This document shows positions 59,154 through 64,000 of a DNA stretch of 64,000 nucleotides, piece after piece (position 1 is the first letter of the stretch; each line of letters begins with the position of its first letter). The position numbers were made by a program, and so were the translations under genes. The notes below the pieces were generated by a model. It ran no database searches. It was not told the origin of the DNA and was given only the letters and a program-made list of their open reading frames with translations. The stretch covers positions 248,001 through 312,000 of the forward strand of contig JAANOX010000034.1 in the NCBI GenBank assembly GCA_020184695.1, given 5' to 3'. The stretch comes from Histomonas meleagridis 2922-C6/04-290x (Eukaryota; Protista; Parabasalia).

Positions 59154-60795
59154 AAATTATATGATATCTTATCCGTTGTTGAAAAATATAAATAGTATTT
59201 TACTGTAATTCAATTTAATATTGAATAATAGTCAATATTTTTATTTTATGAAAAACATTTTTTAATAACTAAAATTGTATTCTATATTATTGATATATAA
59301 ATAAATTTGCTCTAATAAAATTAATGTAAAAGATTTATCTATATTGGCATGGCAATACATAAAAAACATTAATTCTAATTTAATGAACATGTTTGATGGG
59401 TGAGTTGTAGCAAATATATTTCTTGTTTTTGTTTCACAAATATTTTCAGGATAAAATAACTAATAATACAAATGATAAAAGCATACATAGATTATATTCT
59501 CACACTATATCTTAATACAATCAGTTATTCACATAAAATACTGGTATCATTTGTGTATATGTTAATATTTTTGTTTCTATCTTTCCTTTCATTATTCTTT
59601 ATTGTTGTTTTTTCATATATTTTTTCCCATTTGATATTCTGTATTGATTAAAATCAAAAATAAGATTCATAAATATTAATTATTAACAAAATAATTGAAC
59701 CTCAAATGTTACAATCAAGAAGATTAAGATTATTGCCATGTATCATATAGCAAAAAATTTTTTATTCGTTGATTTACCTACACTTAATAAAGTTTATTTA
59801 CAAAATAAATATTTCATTGACACATAAATTATATAGATAATATTGAATAATTATATAAAAAATTATCAAAAATTCGAATAGTTGTGATATAATTTTTAGG
59901 AATTTGTAATGATAATTATCATTCTATTTGAAAGCATTTTTTTAACGTTCGAAAACAGATTCCTTTGGTTAATTCTTTTGACAAATGATCGTTAATCTAC
60001 AGAAAAAAATTTATCGTCCAGTAACAACGGCTATGTTTACGATAGGGAAAATTGAATGTATGTATAACCCGTAGTGGCCGTCGTCTTAAGAAAATAACTA
60101 TTTAATGTGAATATGAATCAAAAAGTCTATCGATGTTTTTATAGAGGTTTTAGGTTAAGGATAACATTGATCGGAGATTACAAAAATACCCTTGTTTCTA
60201 AATTTCGACTGTACAATCTTTCGAAATTCGATCTGATTTCTACCATACTTTTTCAGGAATTTTGGAACCTCTGTTTTTATTTCGAACATCTTTATCTCCA
60301 TAAATAAAAATTAAATAATAAAAAGCAATACATAAAATGTATATATTTATGTTGTGTATATATAATAACGAAAAAATAATTTTAATGCAATACCGATATA
60401 TAATTATTAATTGATTGAGGAAATTACTCACATTTTTGAATTTTATATAGTAGTTATACTTTTTGATTAAAAATTTCAATTTAATTTAATGAGTATTTTT
60501 TTGATATCGAAGGGTACTTCCTGTCGGTCGATGAAAAATTCCAATCGGCTCGCTTCAAAACCGAAACAGGAAGATGTCTTTCGGCTTGCGTACGTTTATA
60601 ATTGTAAACCGCTTTCTGACGGGTATTTTCCAGTGGGATTTTTACTTGTCAGGTACTGTAGTTTAAGTGGGTGCGCTAAAGGAACCGCCCGCAATTGAAA
60701 GGAATTGAACATATCGGATTTTCCCGATAGGTTTTGTTCGATTTTTAATCGGCAAAAAGTAATTCCTCGTTGTAAAAAAACGATGGGAAATTTCA

Positions 60796-62102
60796 ATGAA
60801 AATAATTCAATTAAAAATGCTTAACATTTATGACAATGATTTTTGTGTAGATTATGCATTTCATGGTTTGAATAAATTAATAGATTTAACATTTAAATGC
60901 CCTCTTACAACAATTGGATATGGCGCATTTTATAAGTGTCTTGTTTTAAAAGCTGTATTTTTTGATGAGGGCGTTCAAACAATTGGACCTTACATGTTTA
61001 AGAATTGTGCTGATCTTCTAAATGTTACAATTTCAAGCACAGTTTCAACGATATCAACAGCTCCTTTTATAGGTTGTTACTATCTTATATTCTTCAATGT
61101 TTCCAATGAAAATCCCAATTATTTTGAACATGATGGAATTTTATTTGAGTAAAATGTTACAAAACTAATATGTTATCCATTTGGACAAAACTTAAAAACA
61201 TATAAAATACCAGATTCAGTCGTTTCAATCGAAAATATTGCATTTGTATACTGTTACCTGCAAAATATAACATTCGGAATAAGTGTAAAAATAATAAAAC
61301 AATTTGCATTCGCTCATTTTTGTTTACAAGTTTAATAATACCAAGCTCTGTTACAGATATTCAATCACAATCTTTTTATTTTTTTCAAAAATTACAAACT
61401 ATAATCATTGGAGAAAATGTGAAAAATATTGGAAATTATACATTTGATGGCTGCGCTTCATTAAAATGTATTTATTTTTATGGTAAAACTTCTCCAACTT
61501 TTGGAGTTGGTAGTTTTAAAGATGTTTCAGCAAAATCTGTTATGGTATACAAAACGTATCAAAACAAAACTTTTGGAGATTTAAACATAACCAAAGAAAT
61601 AATTACTGGATGCATTCCAATGCCAACACAAACTTTCACAACTGAAACAAATACATTTACACAATCAAATACATTTACACAATCAAATACATTTACTTCA
61701 TATAATACAAATACAATTTCTTTCTCACACTCATTTGTTATCTCATATGTTTTATCATTTACACAATCATTAAACATTTACACTTCATATGCAAATTCAT
61801 TTATTTTGACAGAAATTAATTCAAAATTTACATGTATCCAAACATCAATGATATCTTATGATTATACTGCCACAATTTTTTCTTATTATTTCACATCTTA
61901 TACTGATTTTTATATACCTGAAAATGATAATGCAAAAAATAACAGCAAAACACCTGTTTATATTGGCGTTGGAGTTGCTGCATGTGTAGTTTTCATTGTT
62001 TTATTGATCACTGTGTCATTAATTTTTATTCGAAAAAAACATCAAAAAAGCGATCAGCTCAATTTTAAAGGAGTTGAAACGAATAGCCAAATGGGTGTTT
62101 AA
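60796..62102 (+). pseudogene. BspA-like (TpLRR) surface protein, disrupted (TAA at 61150, frameshift near 61320, 5' end unclear)
   Basis: TTIGYGAFYKC, QTIGPYMFKNC, IPSSVTDIQSQSF, NIGNYTFDGCASL repeats; FTQSNTFT low-complexity stalk; C-terminal TM and basic tail. Confidence 0.8.
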
Positions 62103-62812
62103 TGAAAGATAATGAAGAAATTCAAAATAAAATTTTGTTGTTTACCATATAACATAATCTTTTTTGAATAAACACCAAAATTATTTTCTTAATCTTTTTA
62201 ATTAAATATTGTGAAATATGAAATCACTCATAATTTTCTTGTAAAAGCTATAACAGTGAGATGCTTTGACCATGTAGCAATTTAAAAATTGAATAGAAAA
62301 CAATCGTTCGCTATTCAATTGCTGATCAATTTTCCTATCGGCCAGAAACATCACATTTGCAGGACTGTACAACAAAGAAACATCCCAAATACTATCTTAT
62401 TAATGAAATAACAAAAACACATCAAAAGCTTATATGCATGTATCACCAAATATATACGTGAATTTGAAATTTTATTTGAAAGTAAATTTGGAACAAAATG
62501 CCCATGCACTACATTTGACCAAGTTGACTTTGAGAATGAGATCATCACCACAAATTCGACTCTAGATAACAGTTTATGAATTTCACTCTTTGAAAACAAG
62601 AATTTGTGGAAAAAGTTCTGAAAGTTATTTTACCATACCTCTTTATGAATGTGTTTTCAATTGCTCATTTGACGAGATATACCTGAACGTCCAAACATTG
62701 TTTCAGTAAGTACGAAAAAAAAAAATTTTGTTAATACGCTTTTCACATGTTCATGTGTTTTGGTGTATCGGCATTTTGCCTATCGAATAACGTTCTCCAT
62801 ATTGACCTACAA

Positions 62813-63115
62813 ATGAGTTTTTCTGACGTAGATACAGGCTTACCTAATTATCCTGACTTAATCCCTGGTTACACACCTTATATAGGCGATTCATCACAAT
62901 TGCCCGCCGAACCATTTGTAATCCCATTTGTTGACAATCGAAGTGATGAAGAAATTGATTTAATTCGGCATTCTTTAAGACCAATAATTCAGAAAACAGA
63001 ATTTGACTCTCCAATACCTGTTGCAGATTTTTGTCTTGTTGCAATTCAAAGGTGGGAAGATGATGACGATATTTCAGATTCCGAAATTTCTCTACATCTT
63101 TGTGAAATACAGTGA
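62813..63115 (+). CDS. Hypothetical ~100-aa acidic/Pro-rich protein
   Basis: In-frame ATG at 62813 inside ORF 62747-63115; coding-like composition. Confidence 0.45.
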   Translation: MSFSDVDTGLPNYPDLIPGYTPYIGDSSQLPAEPFVIPFVDNRSDEEIDLIRHSLRPIIQKTEFDSPIPVADFCLVAIQRWEDDDDISDSEISLHLCEIQ

Positions 63116-63823
63116 ATGTTTCAAATGGCAATATGTAAATAATCTCTTTTTGCTCCACTAGGAGTTTGACAATATATTTTTCTAATTTTTGATATTTTAT
63201 ATAAATATGTGTTATTGTAACAGAAACATACGTTTGCTAAATCTTAAATTAATTTAGAGTTTAAACTTGTTCAAGTTTAGGAGAAACTATCTTATTCGAG
63301 ATCTTTGCAAAAATAATATGTTTCAATTTAATCAATATGCATATTAATTTTTTTAGAAGATATTTTTGAACTAACCAATAATACCACTTGAATCAATACA
63401 ATAAAATATAACATTAATGCCATCACTTTTCATATCATCGCTACTTTTGGTGTAAACTTATCAAAACAAGTTTCGAAACGAAGTTGGTAAGTTTACCAAG
63501 ACTTGGTAAAATTCTTTTGCTTTAAGCTGAAATTTTATATTCAAAACGCCAACTTTTTGTTTTAGTTAAAAATTCATTTCAAAACGAGGTTTAAACATTT
63601 GATATTACTCTCAAAGGCGGTGTTTCCTCAACATTTTGTATAAAAATTAGCTCAATAATTTCGGTTGTGACGTGATCACAAATTATCGTTTGGACACCCC
63701 ATATTTCTTTGCTGGAAAAGCGACGGTGCCAAGCAGTTAGCAGTTATCAGTTACCAGTTATAACTGCTTCTGGATGAAAAAGTACAAACCGTGGATTGCA
63801 GCCCTGCAAACTTTATTAAAGTC

Positions 63824-64000
63824 ATGGGCGAATCGTCTAATTCAGAGTTCCTGGTCTCATTGCTTCCGCTCACGCCAAGCGACTCAACAAGAGTACAGGC
63901 ATCAAACAACAACCCAAGCCAGATTGTAAAAGTCCCATTCAACTCTACACTACAGATAATTGCAAATTATTTATCAGCCTTGCTAAAGGCAGGCAACAAT
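63824..64000 (+). CDS. Possible 5' end of a gene running off the window (MGESSNSEFLVSLLP...)
   Basis: The plus-strand frame is open from 63761 to the window end and is less AT-rich than its flank. Confidence 0.3.
   Translation, partial: MGESSNSEFLVSLLPLTPSDSTRVQASNNNPSQIVKVPFNSTLQIIANYLSALLKAGNN

Noticed and set aside
3474-60796. Many short ORFs in the track (e.g. 3474, 7058, 7790, 8787, 9073, 14368, 26426/36569, 42840, 49439, 50848, 58225, 60107)
   Set aside because: They are antisense or alternate-frame shadows of real genes, or AT-rich chance ORFs without motifs.
18329-61152. TAA/TGA reassignment or readthrough, suggested by in-frame TAA at 18329, 32377 and 61150
   Set aside because: Conserved genes (MOB1, RPL35A, VPS29, AKR) end normally at TAA/TGA, and CAA/AAA codons are abundant. 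The lesions are single-base nonsense changes in genes with other defects, and most inserts shift the frame, so readthrough would not rescue them.
1-64000. tRNA, rRNA, snoRNA genes; intact transposase or Maverick genes
   Set aside because: No recognisable cloverleaf, rRNA-like tract, box motif or transposase ORF seen by eye; covariance-model searches were not run.

Overview
AT-rich, essentially intronless eukaryotic DNA with parabasalid (Trichomonas/Tritrichomonas-like) hallmarks: Inr/M3/M5-type core promoters, expanded DUF3447-ankyrin genes and a BspA-like LRR gene. Housekeeping genes include MOB1, a COMM-domain protein, a Rap/RalGAP-domain protein, an archaeal-type iPGM, a SAC phosphatase, RPL35A, a RasGEF, meckelin, VPS29, an F-BAR/SH3 protein and a bacterial-like aldo-keto reductase. 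A ~10.4-10.9 kb inverted duplication (20342-30769 / 32485-43406) surrounds a 1.7 kb spacer. Main discovery: in all seven DUF3447-ankyrin loci, every C-terminal ankyrin repeat is interrupted at the same point of the beta-hairpin loop by an AT-rich, stop-containing insert. I counted 56 inserts; 35 of the 44 complete ones I measured by hand are exactly 68 nt, and they separate 102-nt (34-codon) ankyrin cassettes. They have no GT-AG ends and carry a TTGG motif a fixed 21 nt before the ankyrin Thr codon. Removing them rebuilds multi-ankyrin proteins with natural C-termini. This points to an undescribed length-measured processing system (non-canonical splicing, translational bypass or DNA excision), or to a cassette library. 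The mechanism cannot be determined from sequence alone. All coordinates and lengths were counted by hand.
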